The notes: generated by a model from the sequence alone, not told the origin. DNA of 45,763 nucleotides from Pseudobacteriovorax sp. (GCA_050293845.1 JBNKNM010000022.1:1-45763); one strand, 5' to 3'; positions 27,899-37,772 are shown, counted from the stretch's first letter. Translations and numbers: made by a program.

Positions 27899-28090
27899 GC
27901 TGCCCCCCTAGACTAGTATGTTTATTTGGCTCACTACTTACATTCTATTGTACCAGGGAGGGGAAAGTTTGTGTCAATCCGTTGACCAGTAGGGTCTTGG
28001 TTATAATATCAAAATATAGAAATAGTATGGTGATTGCAGCCTTTTGCTAGGCAATAATTTCTATAAGTTAAGGGGAAGTCCATCTTGAAA

Positions 28091-28690
28091 TTACCACTCC
28101 ATAAGAACCTTACCTGCTCCATTAGCAACGACTAATTTTGTGGAAGTTTCTTTAACAAGTTGCTGCTTATTAGATTGTCGGTTGGGAAGATCGAATAATA
28201 CGAGATATTCATGAGTCCATAGGTCAACTGCCGGGAAAAAAGTTTTCCAGCGGGCTTTTTTACCCAGTTTTTTTATGAGGATAGGGGAAAATTTACCGGA
28301 TTCAGTTTCCAAGAAGATATTCCAAAGCCTATGGTCTCTTAGGTCATCTTGTTCATCGTCTGCCACATAAAGTGACACGAAGAAGCCTGTTTTATCCGTA
28401 GCTTCGCCTAAAATGGGTTGGGTCTCTGCGTAGATTTTTTGGTAGCGGCTAGCAATGGCTTGACGGAACTCGCCTGATAAAAGAGTTGCATGAATACGGA
28501 ACTTGGTTTCGAAGTTCTTAATCACTTCGTAGTTACTCGTGTTTTTTGTGTAGGCGTCATAGTATTTCAGATCATCGTAAGCATGAAGAGCTAATTCGAC
28601 TTCATGTTCTTGACTGCTCACACAAGAGGTGAGCAGACCGCCCAGTAATCCAAGGTACAAAACTTTAGATCGTAACCTGATTTCTGCCAT
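28091..28690 (-). CDS. Lipoprotein of unknown function
   Basis: MAEIRLRSKVLYLGLLGGLLTSC lipobox from ATG 28690; overlaps the 3' end of the cyclase gene. Confidence 0.75.
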   Translation of the reverse strand: MAEIRLRSKVLYLGLLGGLLTSCVSSQEHEVELALHAYDDLKYYDAYTKNTSNYEVIKNFETKFRIHATLLSGEFRQAIASRYQKIYAETQPILGEATDKTGFFVSLYVADDEQDDLRDHRLWNIFLETESGKFSPILIKKLGKKARWKTFFPAVDLWTHEYLVLFDLPNRQSNKQQLVKETSTKLVVANGAGKVLMEW

Positions 28691-29546
28691 TCGTTTTAGA
28701 TTGATATAGCTTTTGGTCAGCATCTTCTAGCAGGTCCTTAGGTGATGACATTCCTTGATTGAGCTGTGAAACACCAAGGGATATAGTTTGTTTAATGACT
28801 TGTCCTTCATACTCAAAGGTATGGAGTTCTATATTTTGCCGAATCCTCTCGGCGAGATCATAGGCTGTTTTTGCATCGGTGGCTGGCAGTAGTACAACAA
28901 ATTCTTCACCACCAAATCGACAAAATATATCATCTTTTCGAATGATTGACTTTACTAGCCCGGAAGTTTCACGAAGAATAAAGTCACCTACATTGTGACC
29001 ATAAGTATCGTTAACTTTTTTAAAAAAATCGAGATCAAAATAAATCAAAGATAGGGGGCGGCTGTAAGTCCGGCTAAATTTGAATTCAGAATCCAACGCT
29101 TCTAATAGATATTTTTTATTAAAAGTCTGCGTTCCCCCGTCAATAGTAGCCATCCTGTAGATCTTGTCATGGAATACATTTTCAATATTACCTTGGGCAA
29201 AAAATTTGAAAACAATGTTACCAAGCCTAATAATATCACCGTCTTGCAGTGTGTACTGCTCATTGATCCTCTTGTCATTGACATATGTACCGTTAGAGCT
29301 CCCTAAGTCCATGATGGAAACAGAGTCGCCAAAAGAGAGACATTGGGCGTGGTTGCGAGATACGCTTTGCTCGTTTACCACTATCTGAACGTTGGGAGAG
29401 CGTCCTACAACCATGTCTTTTTGGTCTAGTATGTATCGCTTGCCTAAGTTTGCACCGCTGTACTGAACGAAGCAAGCGGCAGTTTTTTTGGGAGGATTGA
29501 AAATACTAGCCCCAGGATCTGCGATAATGGTCTTATCATCTGCCAT
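28665..29546 (-). CDS. dgcB: FHA-GGDEF diguanylate cyclase (Bdellovibrio DgcB-like)
   Basis: Tail MADDKT; FHA motifs VGR, VSRNHA, DLGSSNGTYVN; GGDEF motifs DLDFFKKVNDTYGHNVGD, I-site RKDD, RFGGEEF. Confidence 0.88.
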   Translation of the reverse strand: MADDKTIIADPGASIFNPPKKTAACFVQYSGANLGKRYILDQKDMVVGRSPNVQIVVNEQSVSRNHAQCLSFGDSVSIMDLGSSNGTYVNDKRINEQYTLQDGDIIRLGNIVFKFFAQGNIENVFHDKIYRMATIDGGTQTFNKKYLLEALDSEFKFSRTYSRPLSLIYFDLDFFKKVNDTYGHNVGDFILRETSGLVKSIIRKDDIFCRFGGEEFVVLLPATDAKTAYDLAERIRQNIELHTFEYEGQVIKQTISLGVSQLNQGMSSPKDLLEDADQKLYQSKTNGRNQVTI

Positions 29547-29621
29547 ATAGCCATATTACCTGTATTATAGTTGGAATTGTTCTGGTACCTTACCGAGAAT
29601 ACCATTTTGCCCTGGGGTCTG

Positions 29622-29649
29622 CAATCGGTAGACCTGCCCGGTGCCTTTA
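29622..29649 (-). promoter_or_regulatory. sigma28-like promoter for the dgcB-like gene
   Basis: TAAAG-N15-ACCGATTG. Confidence 0.5.
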
Positions 29650-29798
29650 AGGTTATTTTTTTCTTATAATTTTGAGCTAGGATTTGCTAGATATAGAACA
29701 TACCCTTTTAACCTAATGATTGATTGCTACCTTTGATCAAGGAATGTATAGAAGGTTAGCAACGGATAGGCGGTAATGCGCAGAAAGGAATAATATAA

Positions 29799-31145
29799 AT
29801 GCAAGTCGTTATGGTCGGTACAGGTTATGTCGGTCTGGTATCAGGGACATGCCTCGCTGAAGTTGGTCATAATGTTACATGTGTAGACCTCAATGAGAGG
29901 AAAATAAAACTGCTCAATGATGGTGTGTCTCCCATTTTTGAACCTGGATTAGAAAATGTCATACGTCGCAATATGGATCACGATCGGTTACATTTTACGA
30001 CCGATTTGGCGGCTGTGATCAACCTGGCCGATATGGTTTTTATTGCTGTGGGAACCCCGGAAGGTGAGACAGGTGCAGCCGATACCAAATATGTTCAAGC
30101 GGTGGCGGAGTCCATTGGCCAGTTAGCTAACAAGGACCTAGTAGTTGTTGTCAAGTCCACAGTCCCTATTGGTACCTGTGATCTTGTGGAAAAGACTATT
30201 AAGAGTATGTTGGAAGCAAGGGCGGTGGCATATAACGTGGTTGTGGCCTCCAATCCTGAGTTCCTAAAAGAAGGCGACGCCATAAGTGACTTTATGAAAC
30301 CTGATCGTATTATCGTGGGGGTAGAAGACGAGCAAACCCTAGAGCTTTTCCGCGATCTTTATGGGCCTTTCGTTCTCGATGATCAAGGCAAGCTATTATT
30401 TATGGATAGGCGATCTAGCGAGCTTTCCAAATATGGTGCTAATTCTATGCTAGCGACGAGGATTTCTTTTATGAATGAACTGTCTCGGCTGTGTGAAAAG
30501 CTAGGAGCGAATATTGATAATGTGCGTCAGGGTATCGGAGCTGATCCACGTATCGGAAAAAAATTCCTATTCGCTGGTCCTGGCTACGGTGGGTCATGTT
30601 TTCCTAAAGATGTTGCAGCTTTATTGAAAACAAGCGAAAACGCAGGCATGGAGTTTGAGGTTCTTAAAGCTGTCACAGTTGCTAACGAAAAGCAAAAGCA
30701 GCTTGCTGCCGCGAAGCTTAAGCGGCATTTAAAAGGTCTTAAGGGTAAGCGTATTGCTATATGGGGCCTATCCTTTAAACCGGGAACCGATGATGTTCGT
30801 GAGGCTCCCGCGAAAACGATTATTCGTGAACTCTTGGACCAAGGAGCGCTGGTCGTCGCCCATGACCCTAAGGCCAGCAAAAACTTTTTCCAAGAATTTG
30901 GTGAAGAAGATTGTCTTTCTTATGCTGACACTGCTTATGATGCACTCAACAAGGCTGATGCCCTTGTATTAGTAACAGAGTGGTCTGAGTACCGGCGTCC
31001 CAACTGGGAAAAAGTAGCGTCCCTTTTAAAAGAAAAGAATATTTTCGACCTGAGGAACCAGTACGTTCCCCATGAGCTTATAGATCGAGGCTTTCATTAT
31101 GAATGCATAGGTCGTCCGGACTCTTCTTTCAACAGTGGCGGATAA
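29799..31145 (+). CDS. ugd: UDP-glucose 6-dehydrogenase
   Basis: GTGYVGL, KSTVP, SNPEFLKEG, GYGGSCFPKD, FKPGTDDVRE. Confidence 0.95.
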   Translation: MQVVMVGTGYVGLVSGTCLAEVGHNVTCVDLNERKIKLLNDGVSPIFEPGLENVIRRNMDHDRLHFTTDLAAVINLADMVFIAVGTPEGETGAADTKYVQAVAESIGQLANKDLVVVVKSTVPIGTCDLVEKTIKSMLEARAVAYNVVVASNPEFLKEGDAISDFMKPDRIIVGVEDEQTLELFRDLYGPFVLDDQGKLLFMDRRSSELSKYGANSMLATRISFMNELSRLCEKLGANIDNVRQGIGADPRIGKKFLFAGPGYGGSCFPKDVAALLKTSENAGMEFEVLKAVTVANEKQKQLAAAKLKRHLKGLKGKRIAIWGLSFKPGTDDVREAPAKTIIRELLDQGALVVAHDPKASKNFFQEFGEEDCLSYADTAYDALNKADALVLVTEWSEYRRPNWEKVASLLKEKNIFDLRNQYVPHELIDRGFHYECIGRPDSSFNSGG

Positions 31146-31222
31146 TGCTTTCGCAATGACTACTATTATTAGTGGGAGCATAGTTGACAAGACTTGGTCG
31201 GAAAATATGAGGAGATAGGTGA

Positions 31223-31864
31223 ATGGACAAGTCCCGATTCAAATTCGCTTTAAAGCGTGTTTTTTTGGTGTTCTGCTTATGTTTACCACCGGTGATGTAT
31301 CTCGGTTACCAGTATCAGAAAAATATTATTCTTGATATTGAACGCTTCGGTATCGTTCCCGAATTTGAGATGATGTTTCATAATTCTCCTATTGGTATGA
31401 CGCATCATGATACTACCCAGCATGTGACTATAGCAGTTATTGCTAAGGACTATTGTAAACAAGGCTGCTCCCGTCTTGTCCACGAAATGGTGGAATTAAA
31501 AAAATTTTTCCAACAAAAGCTGGAAGGTAAAGAGAAGGACCCTTATACACCTCGCAAAGCGCGGTTCATTGTACAAGCCTCAGCAGGTTTAGAGTTTTTT
31601 CCTGATGATTGGGATCGTGCGGTGATGTCTGAAGGAGTTCCATATTTGGTGCCAGATGTTCGTAAGGATGGCCCCTGGCCTGCTTTTGTCATCATTGATG
31701 ATGCTAGTTATTATCGTGGATTTGTCCCGTTAGAGGACCCCGCATTGCAGCAAGTACTAAGAACCGAGCTTACCAGAATCATCTCCAACCAATATCTGAC
31801 GCATTATGTGGCTCGTCAAACACTTATGTGGCGTAAGGCTAATGGGCGTGAAACAGCTCAGTAA
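31223..31864 (+). CDS. Membrane-anchored, divergent SCO/SenC-like thioredoxin-fold protein
   Basis: N-terminal TM, FGIVPEF, CxxxC (CKQGC), AFVIIDDASYYRGF. Confidence 0.55.
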   Translation: MDKSRFKFALKRVFLVFCLCLPPVMYLGYQYQKNIILDIERFGIVPEFEMMFHNSPIGMTHHDTTQHVTIAVIAKDYCKQGCSRLVHEMVELKKFFQQKLEGKEKDPYTPRKARFIVQASAGLEFFPDDWDRAVMSEGVPYLVPDVRKDGPWPAFVIIDDASYYRGFVPLEDPALQQVLRTELTRIISNQYLTHYVARQTLMWRKANGRETAQ

Positions 31865-31921
31865 AACAGCGATGGCCACTAGTACTGTTTTCACCTGCTA
31901 AAAATTAAGGAAAGGAAGCCT

Positions 31922-33355
31922 ATGGAAGGGTGGTATAACATTGTTGTGATTGGTGGAGGATCTGCAGGGCTTATCAGCGCTTATATTGCTGCTGTGTTGC
32001 AAGCAAGGGTTGCTTTGGTCGAAAAGGATAAAATGGGAGGGGACTGTTTGAACTTTGGTTGCGTCCCTTCAAAGGCTCTCATTAAGACAGCCAGGTTTGT
32101 GCAAGAAATACGTCGTCATCGCGACTTTGGTGTAAAGTCCGCCTCCTTCGAATTGGATTTTTCCGAGGTTATGGATCGGGTGCACGAAAAAATTGCCAAA
32201 ATTGCCCCCCACGATAGTATCGAACGCTATTCCGAGCTTGGCGTTGCTTGCTTTAAGGGAGAGGCTGAGATCCTGGATCGGCATACAGTGAAAGTGGGCG
32301 ACAGCATTTTAAAAGCCAAAAATATTGTCTTGGCTATGGGAGCTTCCCCTTTTGTTCCGCCGATAACGGGAATTGAAAAGATCGATTACCTCACGTCAGA
32401 GAATTTATGGCAACTCAGGGAGCTACCTAAAAGGTTGGTAGTGCTTGGAGGAGGACCTATAGGTTCAGAAATGGCGCAAGCATTCTGCCGCTTAGGCTCG
32501 AAGGTTACACAAATAGAGATGTTACCCAAGATTCTGCCTCGTGATGATGCTGATATAGCAAAGTTTGTCAGCGATAGATTTCAGGATGAAGGGGTGGAAA
32601 TATTAGCCCGTACAAAGGCTCAGGAAGTCATTCAGGAGCAAGGTGAAAATATTCTCCTCTGTCAAACTCCCGATGGACTTCAGAAAGTTCCTTTTGATAA
32701 AATTCTAGTTGCCGTTGGTCGGCGCGCGAATACGGATGGGGTGGCCTGGGATCGCTTGGGTATCGCTTTGAATCCTAATGGCACTATTAAGGTCGATGAA
32801 TACCTTAGAACCAGTCAAAAAAATATTTATGCTTGCGGAGATATTGCTGGTCCCTACCAATTTACCCATACTGCTTCTCATCAAGCCTGGTACTGTGCTG
32901 TGAACGCCTTGTTTTCCCCCTTTAAGAAGTTTAAGGTCGACTACAGGGTCATCTCCTGGTGTACCTTTACCGATCCTGAGGTGGCGCAGGTGGGACATAA
33001 TGAAACGTCTGCGCAAGCTGCTGGTATCCCCTATGAAGTGACCAGTTATGGGGTTGATGACCTTGATAGAGCGATTACAGAGTCCGAAGACTATGGTATG
33101 GTTAAGGTTTTAACAAAACCGGGAACAGATCAAGTCATTGGGGCCACCATAGTATCCCATTTGGCTGGTGAATTGATTGGTGAATTTGTAACCAGCATGA
33201 AATATGGCATTGGCTTAAATAAAATTCTAGGAACTATCCATGCTTACCCTACTTTTATTGAAGCGAACAAAGCAGCTGCTGGTGCATGGAAAAAAGCCCA
33301 TGCCCCTCAATGGGCATTACGTATTCTCGAAAAATTTCATGCTTGGCGGCGATAA
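31922..33355 (+). CDS. FAD-dependent pyridine nucleotide-disulfide oxidoreductase (LPD/MerA-like family)
   Basis: GGGSAG, GGDCLNFGCVPSK, GGGPIG, TFTDPE, IHAYPT; no MerA C-terminal Cys pair. Confidence 0.9.
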   Translation: MEGWYNIVVIGGGSAGLISAYIAAVLQARVALVEKDKMGGDCLNFGCVPSKALIKTARFVQEIRRHRDFGVKSASFELDFSEVMDRVHEKIAKIAPHDSIERYSELGVACFKGEAEILDRHTVKVGDSILKAKNIVLAMGASPFVPPITGIEKIDYLTSENLWQLRELPKRLVVLGGGPIGSEMAQAFCRLGSKVTQIEMLPKILPRDDADIAKFVSDRFQDEGVEILARTKAQEVIQEQGENILLCQTPDGLQKVPFDKILVAVGRRANTDGVAWDRLGIALNPNGTIKVDEYLRTSQKNIYACGDIAGPYQFTHTASHQAWYCAVNALFSPFKKFKVDYRVISWCTFTDPEVAQVGHNETSAQAAGIPYEVTSYGVDDLDRAITESEDYGMVKVLTKPGTDQVIGATIVSHLAGELIGEFVTSMKYGIGLNKILGTIHAYPTFIEANKAAAGAWKKAHAPQWALRILEKFHAWRR

Positions 33356-33370
33356 AAAGGATAGGGCTAT

Positions 33371-34627
33371 ATGGATATAGCAATGGGATTCAGCTTGGGT
33401 TTTTTGGTGGCAATCGTGGTATGTGGCTTTCTCGTATGGCGATTTGCCAAGCGCTATCAATCTCTCCTCTTAGAAAAACATAAAATCGTTTCTCAGAACC
33501 AGGTCGAGATACAGGCCTTGGAGGAAAGGGTACGCTTCCACCAGCAGGCTGAAGAGCGTATCGGGCATTTGTTCCGGTCATTATCAGCGTCAGCTTTAGC
33601 GGAAAATCAGAAAAGCTTCTTAGAACTCGCACAAGCTTCCTTTAGTCAATTTGAAACACAGTCACAATTAAGGATGAATAACAAGGAAGAGGCCTTCCAG
33701 CGTCTGGTTGATCCTGTAGCCAAAGCTTTGCAAGATATTAAACAGCAAGTGGAGTCCGTGGAAAAAGAAAGGATTTCTTCTTTTCAGAGTATAAGTGAGC
33801 AGGTCGGACACCTCATGAATATGAATCAAAACCTACTGGGGGAAACGGCGAAGCTCGCCGGGGCTCTTCGCTCACCAACTGCTCGCGGAGCTTGGGGAGA
33901 GATACAGTTAAAGCGTGTTGTTGAAGCAGCCGGTATGCTTGAACACTGCGACTTCCAATGCCAAACAACTATTAGCTCCTCAAGGAGCAGTGGGCGTCCT
34001 GACCTGATCATTAAGCTCCCTGGTAACCGTATCGTCGCCGTAGATGCCAAGGCCCCTCTACAAGCTTATCTGGAAGCTTTGGAAGAGAATGATGAAAAAC
34101 GGCATCGTGAATTGATGAAGTTGCATGCTAGTCAGGTAAAAAAGCAAATCCAAGGTCTGGCTAAAAAAGGGTATTGGGAAGGGCTCTCGCAATCCCCAGA
34201 ATTTGTTTTATTATTTCTACCGGGAGAGTCTTATTTTTCTGAGGCTTTGCGGGTTGAACCTAGTCTGATTGAAGAGGGGGTAAAAGTGAATATTATACTT
34301 TGTACCCCAACAACCTTAATAGCTTTACTAAAAACCGTTGCCTATGCCTGGAGGCAGGAAGCCCTAGCAGAGAACACCAGGGTGATCGCCAAACTGGGAG
34401 CCGAACTCTACAAACGGATCTCAGATTTTAGTGGCCATATGGGAGATGTAGGACGATATTTGAACAACAGTGTCAAATCATATAATAGTGCCATAGGTAC
34501 TTTAGAGCGACGCGTTATGGTCACAGCACGCAAGCTCAAAAGCTTTGGTGTGGAATCAGCAGGTCAAGAACTTGGCCCCCTTGACTCCATTAGTCATGAA
34601 GCCCAAGACAGCCCTATTAATCCTTAA
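33371..34627 (+). CDS. rmuC: DNA recombination protein RmuC
   Basis: N-terminal TM and coiled coil; RGAWGEIQL, RPDLIIKLP, VDAKAP, FVLLFLPGE. Confidence 0.93.
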   Translation: MDIAMGFSLGFLVAIVVCGFLVWRFAKRYQSLLLEKHKIVSQNQVEIQALEERVRFHQQAEERIGHLFRSLSASALAENQKSFLELAQASFSQFETQSQLRMNNKEEAFQRLVDPVAKALQDIKQQVESVEKERISSFQSISEQVGHLMNMNQNLLGETAKLAGALRSPTARGAWGEIQLKRVVEAAGMLEHCDFQCQTTISSSRSSGRPDLIIKLPGNRIVAVDAKAPLQAYLEALEENDEKRHRELMKLHASQVKKQIQGLAKKGYWEGLSQSPEFVLLFLPGESYFSEALRVEPSLIEEGVKVNIILCTPTTLIALLKTVAYAWRQEALAENTRVIAKLGAELYKRISDFSGHMGDVGRYLNNSVKSYNSAIGTLERRVMVTARKLKSFGVESAGQELGPLDSISHEAQDSPINP

Positions 34628-35099
34628 AGCCACCTTTCATCCAAGCTTTGAAAACAGCTTTAACATTTTTAGGTTTGGTTTCATTTACAGAAAAACGTGA
34701 CGCCCAACCGTCTTCACCAGCCCAGCTGCGGCCCGAAATAACATCCGTAGATTCCATTTCATAAGCGGCTTCGTCGAGCTCAAGCTCATATCCGTAATCC
34801 CCTAAAGCTTCATCACTATTATGGCAGGAAATACACGTTTTACCATCGTCACGTCCGTAATCAAGACTGCTGACAATCTCTGCCAGTGTTTTCCCATCTA
34901 CATTCTTGTTGGGTTCAAGACCAAATTGAGCCGAGTAGATCGGCTCATTCCAACCTAAAGTAGTCTTCGTCGCCGTGTTATCTGAGCTTCCTATGCTGGA
35001 TGTATGCTCCCGCTTATACCGCGTAGCGTTTGGCTCCTCCCCACTAGTGCACCCTATAACAATAAAAGTCATAGTCCAAAAGATGGATTTGAATTTCAT
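34617..35099 (-). CDS. Lipoprotein with a single CxxCH (putative c-type cytochrome)
   Basis: Lipobox VIGC; TCISCHN. Confidence 0.65.
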   Translation of the reverse strand: MKFKSIFWTMTFIVIGCTSGEEPNATRYKREHTSSIGSSDNTATKTTLGWNEPIYSAQFGLEPNKNVDGKTLAEIVSSLDYGRDDGKTCISCHNSDEALGDYGYELELDEAAYEMESTDVISGRSWAGEDGWASRFSVNETKPKNVKAVFKAWMKGGFKD

Positions 35100-35176
35100 T
35101 AATCTCTCCCTGAATCCTTGAAGTCTCTGACTTCCTCTGTCTTCCTTCTTTATTAAACTAAGAGTGACTTTCTAGA

Positions 35177-35193
35177 TGCAATTGAGGTGCCAA
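35177..35193 (-). promoter_or_regulatory. sigma54 promoter (consensus match)
   Basis: TTGGCAC-CTCAA-TTGCA, about 80 nt upstream of ATG 35099. Confidence 0.75.
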
Positions 35194-35378
35194 TTTATAA
35201 CATGTTAAAATGACACTATCTTTTCTCTTTCGTTGCCGTAGGATAAACTCAAAATTGGGTGAATATCTACAATAGCGGTGATATCCAACAATTCAGACCT
35301 AGTAATTTTTAAAAACCACTGGTCCTCATCGGTTCTTAGGTGATTATCATTAATAAAATTATGTAGTAGCTGCGAAAA

Positions 35379-35579
35379 TTATTCATATTTTTCATGAAGC
35401 TTATCAATCATCTCCTTAGTGGAGTCTAAGCGTTTGCGCATTGTTTGGATAAGCTGATAACCTCGTTCAACTTTTTTAACCATTTGGTCAAGGTCGATAT
35501 CATCGCCACCGATTTCGTTTACGATGGACTCCACTTCCGTTAGCATGTTTTGATAGCTTTGCGATTCAACCATGGTCAT
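35379..35579 (-). CDS. xseB: Exodeoxyribonuclease VII small subunit
   Basis: SYQNMLTEVESIVNEI...DIDLDQMVKKVERG; directly after xseA. The start may be ATG 35573. Confidence 0.88.
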   Translation of the reverse strand: MTMVESQSYQNMLTEVESIVNEIGGDDIDLDQMVKKVERGYQLIQTMRKRLDSTKEMIDKLHEKYE

Positions 35580-37275
35580 CTTCCCTTTTGATAGCGTGAA
35601 GTTTTAAAAGAAGCTGGGCGTCCAAAAGCTGCGCATAGATCAATTTTCCAGGATCTAGCTGGTTCGAACGGGTAATCTTAGTACCATTTTGCACTAGCTG
35701 GGTCCAGCCTTTTGCCAGCCAAGGTCTGGGGTCACGGCTTGCAATAGCATGCTCTAGTTTCTGGAGTTGGTGGGCGGATTTTGCTAGTTGTTCGGAGGAG
35801 CGTAGTCTTAGCTGATACTGCAATCTTTGGGCTAAGGTCTGATGCTCCCTTAAATGTAACTGTACTCCCCGCTGAAACTGGGCTTCGCACAAGATAGTCC
35901 TTTTGATTTGATAACTAACCTGGGATTGCGCGATATTTTGTAGGTTGTATTGGAGCTGAGATATCTTATGCATCGATCGATTGAGCCGATGAGCTCCTGC
36001 TGCGTGCAAGCGTGCGGAGATTTGCTGGGTCTTCTCATTTTGCATACTGAGTTGTTGTCGAAAGTCGGTGCGCAGTTTGTCAGCTAAGGTTAGCATACGT
36101 TTTTGTTCCTGACTCCAGCGACGTTGCGCTAGCTGTACGATCAGATTGCGGGCTTTATTTATCCTTTCCGTAACTTGGGCAAAACAGCTCATAATAAAGT
36201 CTGCAGCTGCAGTGGGTGTTTTTTCGCGACGGTAAGCGATTTCCTCAGCCACACAGATATCTTCGTGATGGCCAATAGCTGCTATAATAGGTACTTTTGA
36301 CTGTGCTATGGCCAAGGCGATCTTCCTGTCATCAAACCAACGAAGGTCAGCATTGGACCCACCTCCACGGGTAATGACAATATAGTCACATTGTGCAGCA
36401 ACGAGCTGTCGTACACCGGTTGTTATCGCCTCCACCGTATTTTCACCTTGCATTTGCACGGGATGAAAAAGAACAGAACCAGGAAAACCATAACTCTTGA
36501 GCTGGTCTAGGAAGTCGCTCTGGGCCCTTGAGTTTTCCGCGCTGAGAAGGCCAATGAGAAAGGGAAATAGAGTTCCAGGGAGAGCTTTATTTTTTCGATC
36601 CAAGCCTTTGCTGCGCAGTTCCTTTAGTAGCTCTTCACGAGCCAAAGCCAAAGCGCCCTGGGTGAACTGAGGGTCAATATCCACTACGTTTAAGCTTAGG
36701 ATTCCGCGGTCTTTATAAAAACCAACTTGTACTAAGAGGCGGACTTTCAGGCCTTCTTGTAGAAGGTCGTTTAAAGGGCTTTTAATCTTTTTTTGAATAC
36801 TGCTGACGTTAGATGCCCAAAAAGTTACGTTAGCTGTAATGGTAGCGGATTTCGAACCATTTTCCTTGGAATCGGCAATCTGGAAAAAATATCCTGAAGC
36901 TCTGTGGTTTAGGCTTTGAATCTCTCCTAGAATCCATACGGCGCGAGGGAAAGCTGTTTGGATTTCCAGACTGACTTGGTGCATCAGTTCTGAAATACTC
37001 ATGCCCAGACTGGCTCTTTCTTGCTTCTTGGGGGTATCATCACAGGTACGCACTTGGGATGCGACTGCTTTTGGGGAGGGGGATCTTAAAGGCCCACCTC
37101 CGACGCTTTTGCATAGGTTTTGGATTTTGGCTAGTGTGTCTGGGTGAGAGGGAATAGTCCATACTTTATCAACCCTTTGAAAATTACCGCCAAAACTTTT
37201 TATTAGCTCTTTGTAGGGATAAGTTTTTCCTGAGATAATAATGTTATTATCGACTTCTCGGTAATATATAGCCAA
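35566..37275 (-). CDS. xseA: Exodeoxyribonuclease VII large subunit with an extra N-terminal domain
   Basis: OB fold VWILGEI...SGYFF, ITRGGGS, AAIGHHED, TPTAAA; TTG start with GGAGG SD. Confidence 0.9.
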   Translation of the reverse strand: MAIYYREVDNNIIISGKTYPYKELIKSFGGNFQRVDKVWTIPSHPDTLAKIQNLCKSVGGGPLRSPSPKAVASQVRTCDDTPKKQERASLGMSISELMHQVSLEIQTAFPRAVWILGEIQSLNHRASGYFFQIADSKENGSKSATITANVTFWASNVSSIQKKIKSPLNDLLQEGLKVRLLVQVGFYKDRGILSLNVVDIDPQFTQGALALAREELLKELRSKGLDRKNKALPGTLFPFLIGLLSAENSRAQSDFLDQLKSYGFPGSVLFHPVQMQGENTVEAITTGVRQLVAAQCDYIVITRGGGSNADLRWFDDRKIALAIAQSKVPIIAAIGHHEDICVAEEIAYRREKTPTAAADFIMSCFAQVTERINKARNLIVQLAQRRWSQEQKRMLTLADKLRTDFRQQLSMQNEKTQQISARLHAAGAHRLNRSMHKISQLQYNLQNIAQSQVSYQIKRTILCEAQFQRGVQLHLREHQTLAQRLQYQLRLRSSEQLAKSAHQLQKLEHAIASRDPRPWLAKGWTQLVQNGTKITRSNQLDPGKLIYAQLLDAQLLLKLHAIKREDDHG

Positions 37276-37295
37276 TCTAGCCTCCTTGTGCCGTA

Positions 37296-37324
37296 AGGCT
37301 AGCGTGTGCCTATAGGGATGTCAA
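37296..37324 (-). promoter_or_regulatory. sigma70 promoter for xseAB
   Basis: TTGACA-N17-TAGCCT. Confidence 0.55.
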
Positions 37325-37352
37325 TCAAAGTCAAGATGCTAAAGGATGCCGT

Positions 37353-37772
37353 ATGGATCAGCACGAGTTAAAGCAGTTTATCAAAGAACTAATCATCGAA
37401 GAGTTTACGCCACAGCCAGTTGAATTAGCGCAAAAATGGCATGATGGCAAGATTGTTCTAGAACCAGGTAATGGGAGCCAAGCAAAAGACATTCCCATGG
37501 ATGTTTTTCTAAGAAAGGTTTTAGGTGTGCGGGACTCTCTACGGGTTCTTGAGCAAAAAATCAACACCAGTAAAAATCTGTCTGCTGAGGAAAAGGCAAG
37601 CTTTCATAGCTACATAACGAAGGCCTATGGTTCTCTAACTACCTTTAATGTACTATTTAAAGAAGGGAAAGACAAGTTTGTTGGCAGTGGAGGGGGCGGT
37701 AAGGGCAGCGCTAGCAAAGAAAAGATGACAATAAGTGAAGCAAAAGCTAAGTTGGGTCTCAACGAATATTAG
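37353..37772 (+). CDS. Conserved hypothetical protein
   Basis: AAGGA SD; RDSLRVLEQKIN...YITKAYGSLTTFNVLF looks like a conserved motif. Confidence 0.8.
   Translation: MDQHELKQFIKELIIEEFTPQPVELAQKWHDGKIVLEPGNGSQAKDIPMDVFLRKVLGVRDSLRVLEQKINTSKNLSAEEKASFHSYITKAYGSLTTFNVLFKEGKDKFVGSGGGGKGSASKEKMTISEAKAKLGLNEY

Noticed and set aside
31922..33355. Mercuric reductase (merA) call
   Set aside because: There is no C-terminal Cys-Cys, no NmerA domain and no mer genes.
35326..35352. Sixth sigma28-like site, TAAT-N15-ACCGATGA
   Set aside because: It is about 230 nt from the start codon, and the gene already has a consensus sigma54 site; it may be chance.
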